Origin: Promethearchaeota archaeon | Lineage (GTDB): Archaea; Asgardarchaeota; Lokiarchaeia; Sigyniarchaeales; SOKP01 | DNA: 20,657 bases | Reading direction: 5' to 3' | Assembly (NCBI GenBank): GCA_019894975.1 | Contig: JAGXNO010000053.1 | Coordinates: 1-20,657, forward strand | In this document: positions 1 to 7,242 of the stretch, piece after piece | Layout of the letters: each line of letters starts with the position of its first letter | Position numbering within the stretch: the first letter of the stretch is position 1 | The notes under the pieces: generated by a model | The model's input: the letters and a program-made list of their open reading frames with translations, nothing else | What the model was told of the DNA's origin: nothing | Database searches by the model: none | Made by a program: the position numbers and the translations under genes

Positions 1-98
1 GTATCATGAAGGATAATAAAGCCAAATATGGCATTGCTAATGCGTGTGTAGGAGGAGGACAGGGCGTAGCAATCCTACTTGAAAATATAGATGCGTAA
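1..98 (+). CDS. Thiolase (acetyl-CoA C-acyltransferase), 3' end only
   Basis: The frame starting at nt 3 reads [31 protein letters not shown], with TAA at 96-98. CxGGGQG is the C-terminal catalytic-Cys motif of thiolases. Truncated by the window edge. Confidence 0.9.
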   Translation, partial: IMKDNKAKYGIANACVGGGQGVAILLENIDA

Positions 99-136
99 GT
101 TTTCAATTAATAATTTATATTTTTATAATTTCTTAC

Positions 137-159
137 TTTTTTTTTTTATTTAATTTTTT
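137..159 (+). terminator. Oligo-T archaeal terminator after thiolase
   Basis: T11 run at 137-147 followed by a further T run, about 40 nt after the thiolase stop. Confidence 0.55.
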
Positions 160-206
160 CTCATAAATAATTCATAATTAAAGATATTTGATTCATGAGC
201 TTTCTG

Positions 207-223
207 AGAAATATTTAAATATT
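207..223 (+). promoter_or_regulatory. Putative BRE/TATA promoter of the dodecin gene
   Basis: Purine-rich GAGAAA followed by TTTAAATA (214-221), inside the palindrome AATATTTAAATATT (210-223), about 50 nt upstream of ATG 269. An SD-like AGTGA lies at 257-261. Confidence 0.5.
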
Positions 224-268
224 AGGCTATAACCAATTAACTTACAAACTAAAAAAAGTGAAATCAAA

Positions 269-505
269 ATGCCAGTATATAAAAGTATTCAATTGGTCGG
301 CACTAGTGACAAGAAAATTTAGAAGAAAGTCTTTTAAGTCTTGAGTTGGGCTGATGCTGTAAAAAATTGTTATGAAGAGGCGAAAAAAAGCTTACGTGGT
401 ATCAGAAATATTCAAATCATTGAATCTGACGTTAAAATTAAAGAAGATGTCGATAAAATGATTTATAGATGTAGAGTCCAAGTTAATTTTCAATTAGAGA
501 GATAA
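269..505 (+). CDS. Dodecin-family protein interrupted by a 27-30 nt in-frame insert (candidate intron, otherwise a recent pseudogene)
   Basis: ATG 269 gives MPVYKSIQLVGTSDK. The same frame resumes at 344 with SWADAVKNCYEEAKKSLRGIRNIQIIESDVKIKEDVDKMIYRCRVQVNFQLER* (TAA 503-505). The VYKxIxLVGTSxxSWxDA...LR.I...Y.....V.F.LE pattern and the 68-69 aa joined length match dodecins. In-frame TAG (320-322) and TAA (335-337) both lie in the insert. Confidence 0.85.
314..343 (+). other. Hairpin-forming insert, candidate BHB-type intron
   Basis: AAGA(311-314) pairs with TCTT(339-342). AAA(315-317) is a 3-nt bulge. TTTAGAAG(318-325) pairs with CTTTTAAG(331-338), including G-U pairs. The flanks TGAC(307-310)/GTTG(345-348) and GTCGGC(296-301)/GCTGAT(350-355) can also pair. 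Folded by eye, and exact borders are ambiguous. Confidence 0.55.
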
Positions 506-525
506 AAAATTTATAAACAAATCTA

Positions 526-540
526 TTTTTTTTTCTTTTC
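526..540 (+). terminator. Oligo-T terminator after the dodecin gene
   Basis: T9 (526-534) followed by CTTTTC, about 20 nt after the stop at 505. Confidence 0.55.
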
Positions 541-644
541 CTTGAATCAATTTAAATATATTAAGAACTCTTTTCAAAACAATTGTTAAATTTTAAATAT
601 GATGTGCTTTATTTAGATTTAAAAACGTTTTAGATTTGATTTCG

Positions 645-776
645 ATGTTACAATGGGATGCTATTACTGATTTATTATCTAATCCTGTCGTTTTTAGATA
701 TATTATAGGTGGTGTAGTACTTCTGGTGGTAGTTATTATTTGCTGTATAATTCATAATAAATTAAAGAAATCATAA
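645..776 (+). CDS. Small single-pass membrane protein (43 aa), not in the ORF track
   Basis: ATG 645 to TAA 774-776 encodes MLQWDAITDLLSNPVVFRYIIGGVVLLVVVIICCIIHNKLKKS, with one hydrophobic helix and a basic tail. It fills the gap up to the convergent TPR gene. TATA-like TTTAAATA motifs lie upstream near 551 and 592. Confidence 0.65.
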   Translation: MLQWDAITDLLSNPVVFRYIIGGVVLLVVVIICCIIHNKLKKS

Positions 777-777
777 T

Positions 778-1521
778 TTATACCTCTAAATCATCCAGAA
801 ATTTAATTATGTCTGGTAATTTAGCCTTATTTATAATCAAGAAATCTCCATCTATTTCACATTGATATTCTTTGCCCCATTCAATCAAAATTTTATACAA
901 TTTTTCCTTGTCTATATCTAGTAAGGATTGGATCATATCAATTCTAATTTTTTTTGAGACTTCGAGTAAAGACTTTAGAGTTTCTAGATTTTTATCGTGA
1001 TTATATTCTTCTTTACTTCTTTTTAATTCTTCTAAATTGCTTAAAATCTGATTCCTCGCATTAGAAGCATAGGGAAACTTGGAGTCTATCTCCAAAGCTT
1101 TTTCGTAATAGTTTAATGCCTCTTGAAACTCTCCTTCGCTCTCATAAATCAACCCAATGTTATATAGGCAGTATTTGTAGTCTGGTTTAATCTTAATTGC
1201 TTCTTCATAACATTCTTTCGCCTCTTTGATCTTGGATAAATTTACATTAGCTATTCCAAGGTTATAATAAGCTCTATAGTTATCCGGTTCGATTTCTATA
1301 ATTCTCTTAAACATATCCCTCGCTTTTTTATATTCCAAAGTAAAATCGTCATTGAGGTAACCGCCATAAGCGAGTAGCGTTCCCACAAGACATTTTTTAA
1401 CTTGCTTAGAATCAGAATTATTTTTGTAGAGATCTTCTAATATTTCTAAAGCTTCTTTAAAATTTTCTTGATGTCTCAGATTTACAGCTTTATTAATAAG
1501 TTCTTTGATTGTATCAGTCAT
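778..1521 (-). CDS. Tetratricopeptide repeat protein with a C-terminal winged-helix (PCI-like) domain
   Basis: Canonical TPRs (AYYNLGIANVNLSKIKEAKECYEEAIKIKPD; CLYNIGLIYESEGEFQEALNYYEKALEID). The C-terminal helix-helix-hairpin segment ending EIDGDFLII is inferred to be a winged helix. Confidence 0.85.
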   Translation of the reverse strand: MTDTIKELINKAVNLRHQENFKEALEILEDLYKNNSDSKQVKKCLVGTLLAYGGYLNDDFTLEYKKARDMFKRIIEIEPDNYRAYYNLGIANVNLSKIKEAKECYEEAIKIKPDYKYCLYNIGLIYESEGEFQEALNYYEKALEIDSKFPYASNARNQILSNLEELKRSKEEYNHDKNLETLKSLLEVSKKIRIDMIQSLLDIDKEKLYKILIEWGKEYQCEIDGDFLIINKAKLPDIIKFLDDLEV

Positions 1522-1535
1522 TTCTACTTCTTATT

Positions 1536-2003
1536 TTATATTTCATGCTCATACCAACTAAATTTGGATTTATTTATTCCGAGTTTCAGAAAAAGACTCC
1601 TTAAAGCACTATCAGAATCAGGGCAGATATAATACACATTATCAATTTTAAGGGTTCTTTTTACATATAATTGAATTTCTCGCATGATCTTCTCTTCAAT
1701 CCCTCTTTTAAAAGAATCTTCTTTTTTAGTTAAAACTTGATGGATTAATACTCTATCATTTCCTAGGTAATCCCTAAATATTGTATACGTTCCAAAACCC
1801 AATATTTTGCCCTCTTCTTTAGCAATTACCATCGAATTCCTATACTGAAGATCAAGCGCTCTCCGATTTAATTCTTCTTCAAACTTTTTCCAATGAGAGA
1901 AGAAATATGATTTTTTTTCAATAAAATCCTCAAAGATCTCCTTGATTGCAGGTTTATCATTTCTTGGGTCAAATCTGTCAATTATAATCATAAATTCCAC
2001 CAA
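1536..2003 (-). CDS. GNAT-fold N-acetyltransferase-like protein
   Basis: MVIAKEEGKILGFG strand, motif-A-like KEDSFKRGIEEKIM, and C-terminal ALRSLFLKLG. The length of 155 aa fits. Start codon uncertain (TTG, GTG or ATG). Confidence 0.6.
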   Translation of the reverse strand: MVEFMIIIDRFDPRNDKPAIKEIFEDFIEKKSYFFSHWKKFEEELNRRALDLQYRNSMVIAKEEGKILGFGTYTIFRDYLGNDRVLIHQVLTKKEDSFKRGIEEKIMREIQLYVKRTLKIDNVYYICPDSDSALRSLFLKLGINKSKFSWYEHEI

Positions 2004-2123
2004 AAGGGAAATAAATTTTGTGTTAAAATGTATAATTGTATAAGTTTCTTTTTCTTTTCAAACTTAATTAATGTTTAATAACAACTATTTTTTAGAATTT
2101 GATCTTTATACAAATGATAAATA

Positions 2124-2654
2124 ATGCCTAATACAAAAAATAATTCCCCCCATAATGAAAGGAAATTATCAATCCCAATTAAAATATTAAACAAGGATAC
2201 AGAAGTTCCAAAAATAACTAAGTTTGGTGACGCGGGTGCAGATGCACGGATAATTGGTTTCAAAAGGATAATTGTAAAAGGAGATGAAAAGGAATTAGAA
2301 GATATTAAAGCAGATTCTTATACTTTGAAGCCTTTGGAAAGAATAGGGTGTCCTCTTGGATTTGCTACAGCTATTCCCGAAGGATATTACTTTAAAGTTG
2401 TTCCTAGAAGCGGTTTAGCATTATGGGAAGGATTATCTATAGTAAATTCTCCTGGTACGATTGATTCGGGTTATCGTAATGAATGGATGGCTATTGTAGT
2501 TAACCTTTCAAATAAAGAGGTAACAATTAAAAAGGGGGAACGAATTTGTCAGATTATCTTAGGAAAACTTCATAGTTATGAGTTTATTGAGACTCAAAAA
2601 CTGCCCGAATCTGCAAGGGGTCTCAAGGGTTTCGGTTCCACCGGAAAGGAATGA
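2124..2654 (+). CDS. dut: Trimeric dUTP diphosphatase
   Basis: All five dUTPase motifs are present: AGAD, PRSGLA, GTIDSGYR, GERICQ, RGLKGFGSTG. Confidence 0.95.
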   Translation: MPNTKNNSPHNERKLSIPIKILNKDTEVPKITKFGDAGADARIIGFKRIIVKGDEKELEDIKADSYTLKPLERIGCPLGFATAIPEGYYFKVVPRSGLALWEGLSIVNSPGTIDSGYRNEWMAIVVNLSNKEVTIKKGERICQIILGKLHSYEFIETQKLPESARGLKGFGSTGKE

Positions 2655-2682
2655 AATTATTAAATTTAAATTATAGTGAGGT

Positions 2683-2907
2683 ATGCTTAAAATGTCAGAA
2701 TTAAGTCATGAAGAGAAATTTATAATCGAAAAACTCAAGGAAAAAGAAGGGAAGCTAAATTATAAGGATTTACAAATCCTATGTCAAGATGAATTTGAAG
2801 GGGTCAGATTAATTTTGAAAAAATTAAAAGAGAAGGGATTTGTTGAATACGAAGGAGGGGGGATTCCTGGTTTTTCCACTGAAATTGTGTTAGTAAAAAA
2901 GGATTAA
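2683..2907 (+). CDS. Small winged-helix DNA-binding-like protein
   Basis: LSHEEKFIIEKLKE...LNYKDL...VRLILKKLKEKGFVEY followed by a beta-wing. SD-like GTGAGGT lies upstream. Confidence 0.65.
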   Translation: MLKMSELSHEEKFIIEKLKEKEGKLNYKDLQILCQDEFEGVRLILKKLKEKGFVEYEGGGIPGFSTEIVLVKKD

Positions 2908-2984
2908 TTTTAAATATCCCTCAATAGAAAAACTCTTATTTCTTTTTTTATTTCCTTAACTAGAAATTAGGCTAAGGATATGTT

Positions 2985-4499
2985 ATGATCGAAAATGATT
3001 CAAAATCAGTAAAAAACAATTATATCGAACAGATTTTAAACCCTAAAAAGATCTGTGTTTTTGGAGCAAATGACAATCTATTGGGAACAATGGGTTCAAT
3101 GCAACTTCGTAATATTATTGCAGGGGGCGGATTTGAAGAGATTTATCCTATCCATCCAAGATTAGAATATGTCCAAGGATTTAAAGCATATAAATCCGTA
3201 TTGGATCTCCCTGTAATTCCAGATTTAGCATTTATAATATTACCAACAAGAGTTGTTCCTACCGTTATGGAGGAATGTGGTCAAAAAGGTATAAAAAATT
3301 TGATAATTACTTCTGGGGGTTTCAGAGAAGTTGGTTCCGATGGAATTGAGTTATCTAATCAAATTGATATCATTGCAAAGCAATACAATATGAGATTTAT
3401 TGGTCCAAACTGTTTAGGAGTATTCAATGGATGGTATGGATATCCTGAAAAGGAGAATACGTTTCTTAATACTTTTTGGATATATCTTCCCCATAAAAGG
3501 GGTAATATTTCAATTGTGAGTCAATCAGGTACTATCGCTGCTCAAACAGCGTGGTATACAAATGATCTGGGTGTAAATGTTGGAAAATCAATATCAGTTG
3601 GCAATGAAAGAAGTATTGATATAGTAGATCTTCTGGAATATTTCAAAAATGATCCTCAAACAGAGGTTATTGGTCTGTATATTGAAGAGGTCAAACGTGG
3701 TAAAAAATTTATAAAATTAGCCAAAGAAATATCTCCAAAAAAACCCATTGTTGCTATTTATGCGGGAGGTACCAATGCTGCGGCAAGGTCTATAATGTCT
3801 CATACGGGTTCTATTAGTGGTGATGATAAGATATATGAAGCTATATTTAAGGAATCAGGTATAATTTCAACTAATTCTATATCGGATTTCTTATATTACC
3901 TCAGAACGTTATCTCAAGCACAGACTTATAATTTTTTTCCTAAGGGAAAACGAATTGGAATAATAACTGACTCAGGTGGACCAGGAGCAATGATGACGAA
4001 AACAGCTGAGTTGTATGGCTTGGAAGTTCCTGAATTTTCTAAACGACTACAAGATGAATTTTCTGATGATCTACCTAAAACGGGTAGTGCTACGAATCCA
4101 ATCGATGTAACCTTTCATGAAAACTTCTTAACTATGTTGATTAAATTTCCAAAAATATTGATGAAATCTGGGGAGGTTGATAGTATTATAGTGTTTGGTA
4201 TTTATGATTTTGATGAGGTTATGGATGTAGTTGAGAGTTCAGGGGGCAAAGTGGATGAACAGATGAAACAAATGAAACAGCTGATGGATATAGGCGTTGT
4301 TAATCCTATAAAAAAACTTATGAAAAAATATCATATCCCGGTATTTTATTCTGGCCCAATTCCTTATAGATCTCCTTGGATGCAGAAATTTATCTCGTCT
4401 GATGTGCCCATTTTTTCATTATGGGATTATCCTACCAAGTGTTTGGCAATGTTGACTAAATACTCTGAATATCGACAAAAAGTGTCTTACTCTAAATAA
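2985..4499 (+). CDS. acdA: ADP-forming acetate/acyl-CoA ligase (ACD) alpha subunit
   Basis: CoA-binding N-domain (ICVFGA, IYPIHP), IGPNCLG, SQSG, phospho-His motif SHTGS, DSGG and NPID. No ATP-grasp beta domain is fused. Confidence 0.88.
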   Translation: MIENDSKSVKNNYIEQILNPKKICVFGANDNLLGTMGSMQLRNIIAGGGFEEIYPIHPRLEYVQGFKAYKSVLDLPVIPDLAFIILPTRVVPTVMEECGQKGIKNLIITSGGFREVGSDGIELSNQIDIIAKQYNMRFIGPNCLGVFNGWYGYPEKENTFLNTFWIYLPHKRGNISIVSQSGTIAAQTAWYTNDLGVNVGKSISVGNERSIDIVDLLEYFKNDPQTEVIGLYIEEVKRGKKFIKLAKEISPKKPIVAIYAGGTNAAARSIMSHTGSISGDDKIYEAIFKESGIISTNSISDFLYYLRTLSQAQTYNFFPKGKRIGIITDSGGPGAMMTKTAELYGLEVPEFSKRLQDEFSDDLPKTGSATNPIDVTFHENFLTMLIKFPKILMKSGEVDSIIVFGIYDFDEVMDVVESSGGKVDEQMKQMKQLMDIGVVNPIKKLMKKYHIPVFYSGPIPYRSPWMQKFISSDVPIFSLWDYPTKCLAMLTKYSEYRQKVSYSK

Positions 4500-4647
4500 C
4501 CCCTCAAACCAAACATGATATAATCTACCAACAAAAACTTTCTTAATCGATTCTTTGTATTGTTTCCACTAATTATTTATATAAATTCTTTCTATGATCA
4601 TTTGAAAGATATTTTAAAAACAGATTCACTAAATTAAGTCTTGTAAA

Positions 4648-5640
4648 ATGCCGATTGAATTCTATAATCCCCCTTCTGCGATTTTAGCCTCTGGATCCAA
4701 GTTAGGGGTTGAGCTTGGAGGGTCAAAGAGTATTTTAAGCATAGATCAATTTCATAATCTCTATTCTGAAGGTTCAGTTTTTAGTGAGTTAAGTTGGGGT
4801 GCATTTTATCAAGAAGAGGGGCTTACTGATCAGATAGATACATTCGAAACAAAAGAGTACGATTCTGTTCGAGAAGATCCTAAAGCGCTGGTTCAAAAAA
4901 TTGTTGAAAGTATCTACAATATAATGAATGGCCAGAAACTCTTTTATGGCATCGTTGACTTTGAAGTAGATGCTTTTCTTAATCAAAATACTATTATTCC
5001 TGGATTAAAATTAGATTATCAAATTATCAACAAATTACTGGACGCTCATAAGAATACCCGGGATAGAGAACTATTTCCGAAGATTTTGTCTGATGCAAAA
5101 GGTACAAAAAAAATCCGATTAGAATTCCAGGGAACTAAAAGGGTGAATCTCCATTTAAATGGTACAAAGTTGGAGGATTATGCAGATAATTTGAGAGTAG
5201 CTAAAGGTTTCGCTACAGGAATAGTGTGTACCTCTAGAGGGGCCGCGAACCTTTATATCATGAGCGATAATATCACATTCAAGGAAGACATAATCCCTGA
5301 GCTCTATATTGATGAAGAAAACCTTATTATTATTGATATGGGAATTGAAAGGCAGTTATTATTCCCTATTAGCTGGTTTAGAATAGATCTTGGAATTAAA
5401 TCATTAGAAACACTCGAACTCTGGGAGGAAATAAAAACCGATCCAAAGTTAGAAAAAGCACTAAGTTATTATGATCGTTATATTGGTGGTTTAGTTTATA
5501 AAAAATTTCAAGTTATGGCTTCTACAATTGGTACTGATGTGGGTGATGAGTTTGATAATTTAAATCCCACAGAAAGAAGACAAGCACTAAGAGATATGGC
5601 AGAAGTTATTAGGAAATTAACAGATGAATATAAGAAATAG
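4648..5640 (+). CDS. Hypothetical protein (330 aa)
   Basis: Long ORF with globular composition and an upstream TATA-like TTTATATA near 4577. No motif recognised. Confidence 0.8.
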   Translation: MPIEFYNPPSAILASGSKLGVELGGSKSILSIDQFHNLYSEGSVFSELSWGAFYQEEGLTDQIDTFETKEYDSVREDPKALVQKIVESIYNIMNGQKLFYGIVDFEVDAFLNQNTIIPGLKLDYQIINKLLDAHKNTRDRELFPKILSDAKGTKKIRLEFQGTKRVNLHLNGTKLEDYADNLRVAKGFATGIVCTSRGAANLYIMSDNITFKEDIIPELYIDEENLIIIDMGIERQLLFPISWFRIDLGIKSLETLELWEEIKTDPKLEKALSYYDRYIGGLVYKKFQVMASTIGTDVGDEFDNLNPTERRQALRDMAEVIRKLTDEYKK

Positions 5641-5657
5641 CAGTTCTTCAGATCTTT

Positions 5658-5963
5658 CTATTTCTTTAATATCCTTGGTGCTTTGAAATATCCATCCTGT
5701 TTATATTTTGTATTTTTTGTAGCTTCTTCGTTTGAGAGAGACTCCCAAGGTTCGTCTTCTCGAAACACATTGAATAATCCTTCAATAGGGTGAGTAGTAG
5801 GTTCAATATTAGTCGTATCTAGATCATCTAATTTCTTAAAATAGTTAACTATGTCTCCTAGTTGTTTAGAAAGCTCTTCCTTTTCTTCTTCAGATAATTC
5901 TAATAGTGCTAACTTGGTAAGATGATCAATTGTTTCTTTGGAAAATTCTTCTTTTTTAGACAT
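5658..5963 (-). CDS. gatC: Asp-tRNA(Asn)/Glu-tRNA(Gln) amidotransferase subunit C
   Basis: IDHLTKLALLEL...IVNYFKKLDDLDTTNIEPTTH...NVFRED...DGYFKAPRI is the GatC pattern. ATG at 5963 is preferred over the TTG at 5975. Confidence 0.93.
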   Translation of the reverse strand: MSKKEEFSKETIDHLTKLALLELSEEEKEELSKQLGDIVNYFKKLDDLDTTNIEPTTHPIEGLFNVFREDEPWESLSNEEATKNTKYKQDGYFKAPRILKK

Positions 5964-6112
5964 GACACAACTCAAATAACTATAAATATAAGATCAAATT
6001 AAGTTTAACCATTTATTAGATATATACTTCTGAATCTCTAAAAATTATATTTCCCGCAAATTCTATATAATATAATAAAAAGAAATAATTAAAACCCACA
6101 TTTTAAAAAATT

Positions 6113-6466
6113 ATGACTGATCCTGAAGAAATAAGGAAAGAAATACCAAGTTATGCATTCATTGCTCTTGCGAGACGAGGAATGGAGAAAATCTCACTAG
6201 ATCAATGCTTTTTGAAAAATTGTAATAATGAGAATCCAGACTTACTGGAACCTTTTAAGAAAGAAGAATATGAGGACGAAAAAAGGCAAACGAAAGAAAT
6301 CTATATCAAATGTAAAGTATGCAATGGAGTGTTTATCTTAAAATTAGTTACCTTAAAAAGAGTAGCTAAATCAACCAAGGAAGAAAGCGAAGATCCTCTA
6401 GCAATGGGAATGGTTTATGCTCTGGATGAAAAAAAAAAAAATTTAGGTCATATAGGGTATTTCTAA
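6113..6466 (+). CDS. Hypothetical Zn-ribbon protein
   Basis: Two Cys pairs (CFLKNC and CKVC) in a 117-aa protein. First gene of a co-oriented run. Confidence 0.7.
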   Translation: MTDPEEIRKEIPSYAFIALARRGMEKISLDQCFLKNCNNENPDLLEPFKKEEYEDEKRQTKEIYIKCKVCNGVFILKLVTLKRVAKSTKEESEDPLAMGMVYALDEKKKNLGHIGYF

Positions 6467-6483
6467 ATTGTTAAAAGTATCTC

Positions 6484-7176
6484 ATGAAATTCGACATATA
6501 TATTTTCGATTTAGATGGCACATTACTTAATCTAGGGAATATTGGAGTTTATGCAGATCAAATTTTACAAAAAACACTAAGTAGATTAAATGCTCCTGTT
6601 ATCCCCGGTGAGAATGAAAGACGTCAATTTTGGGGTTCTGAAAATAATTATATTGATATCTTAAATAATTGGGGTGTTTCTAAAGCTCAGGATTTTTGGG
6701 AACATTATGATAAAGTTGATTTTAAGCAAAGGAAAATTTTGTTCAAACAAAAAAAAATTGCTTTGTTTGATGGTGTTGAGGAGGTATTAGAAAAACTATA
6801 CACCCATAATGACGGTAAAAATATTGCTATTGTCACCAATACATCTGATTACGTTGTGGAATTTTTCTTAAAAAAGTTTAATATTGCTTCATTTTTTCAA
6901 GAGGTTTTTAGTATGGGTTTGAAAAATGACCAACAATTTGCTAAACCATCTCCTCGTGGAATTTTATCAATTTTAGAAAAGTTTCAGTACGATCAAGATA
7001 TTCACAGAGCCTTAATGATTGGGGATTCATATTCTGATATAAAAGCTGCGAAAAAGGCAAATATTTCTGCATGTCTGGTAAAAAGAAACATAATGGGACA
7101 TGATCCAGCTATTATTAAGCGAGATTTCCAACCAGATTATATTATAGAAAGGTTGGATGAAATTCTTGAATTATAA
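6484..7176 (+). CDS. HAD-superfamily hydrolase (phosphoglycolate phosphatase-like)
   Basis: Motif I FDLDGTL, motif II IVTN, motif III KPSP, motif IV MIGDSYSDI. Confidence 0.92.
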   Translation: MKFDIYIFDLDGTLLNLGNIGVYADQILQKTLSRLNAPVIPGENERRQFWGSENNYIDILNNWGVSKAQDFWEHYDKVDFKQRKILFKQKKIALFDGVEEVLEKLYTHNDGKNIAIVTNTSDYVVEFFLKKFNIASFFQEVFSMGLKNDQQFAKPSPRGILSILEKFQYDQDIHRALMIGDSYSDIKAAKKANISACLVKRNIMGHDPAIIKRDFQPDYIIERLDEILEL

Positions 7177-7242
7177 TCCAAAAAAATTAAATATTCGACT
7201 TACTTCTTATATAGTATTGAAAATCTTAAGAGAATAGTCGAT

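Noticed and set aside
311-343. Stop-codon readthrough or ribosomal hopping as the explanation for the dodecin insert (AAGAAA and AAGTCTT each occur twice)
   Set aside because: It would need passing both a TAG and a TAA. The repeated codons are not directly before the stops, and the product would carry extra residues in the conserved GTSxxSW turn.
2075-2263. 62-aa minus-strand ORF
   Set aside because: Antisense shadow of dut with no motif.
4254-4282. Short tandem repeat encoding EQMKQMKQ in acdA
   Set aside because: An in-frame 9-nt imperfect duplication in a variable helix, too short to be meaningful.
4789-4986. 65-aa minus-strand ORF
   Set aside because: Lies wholly antisense within the 330-aa CDS.
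6429-6441. A13 homopolymer as a phase-variation or slippage site
   Set aside because: In frame (EKKKN) near the C-terminus. Both shifted frames stop before the HAD gene, so no fusion arises, and A runs are common in this AT-rich DNA.
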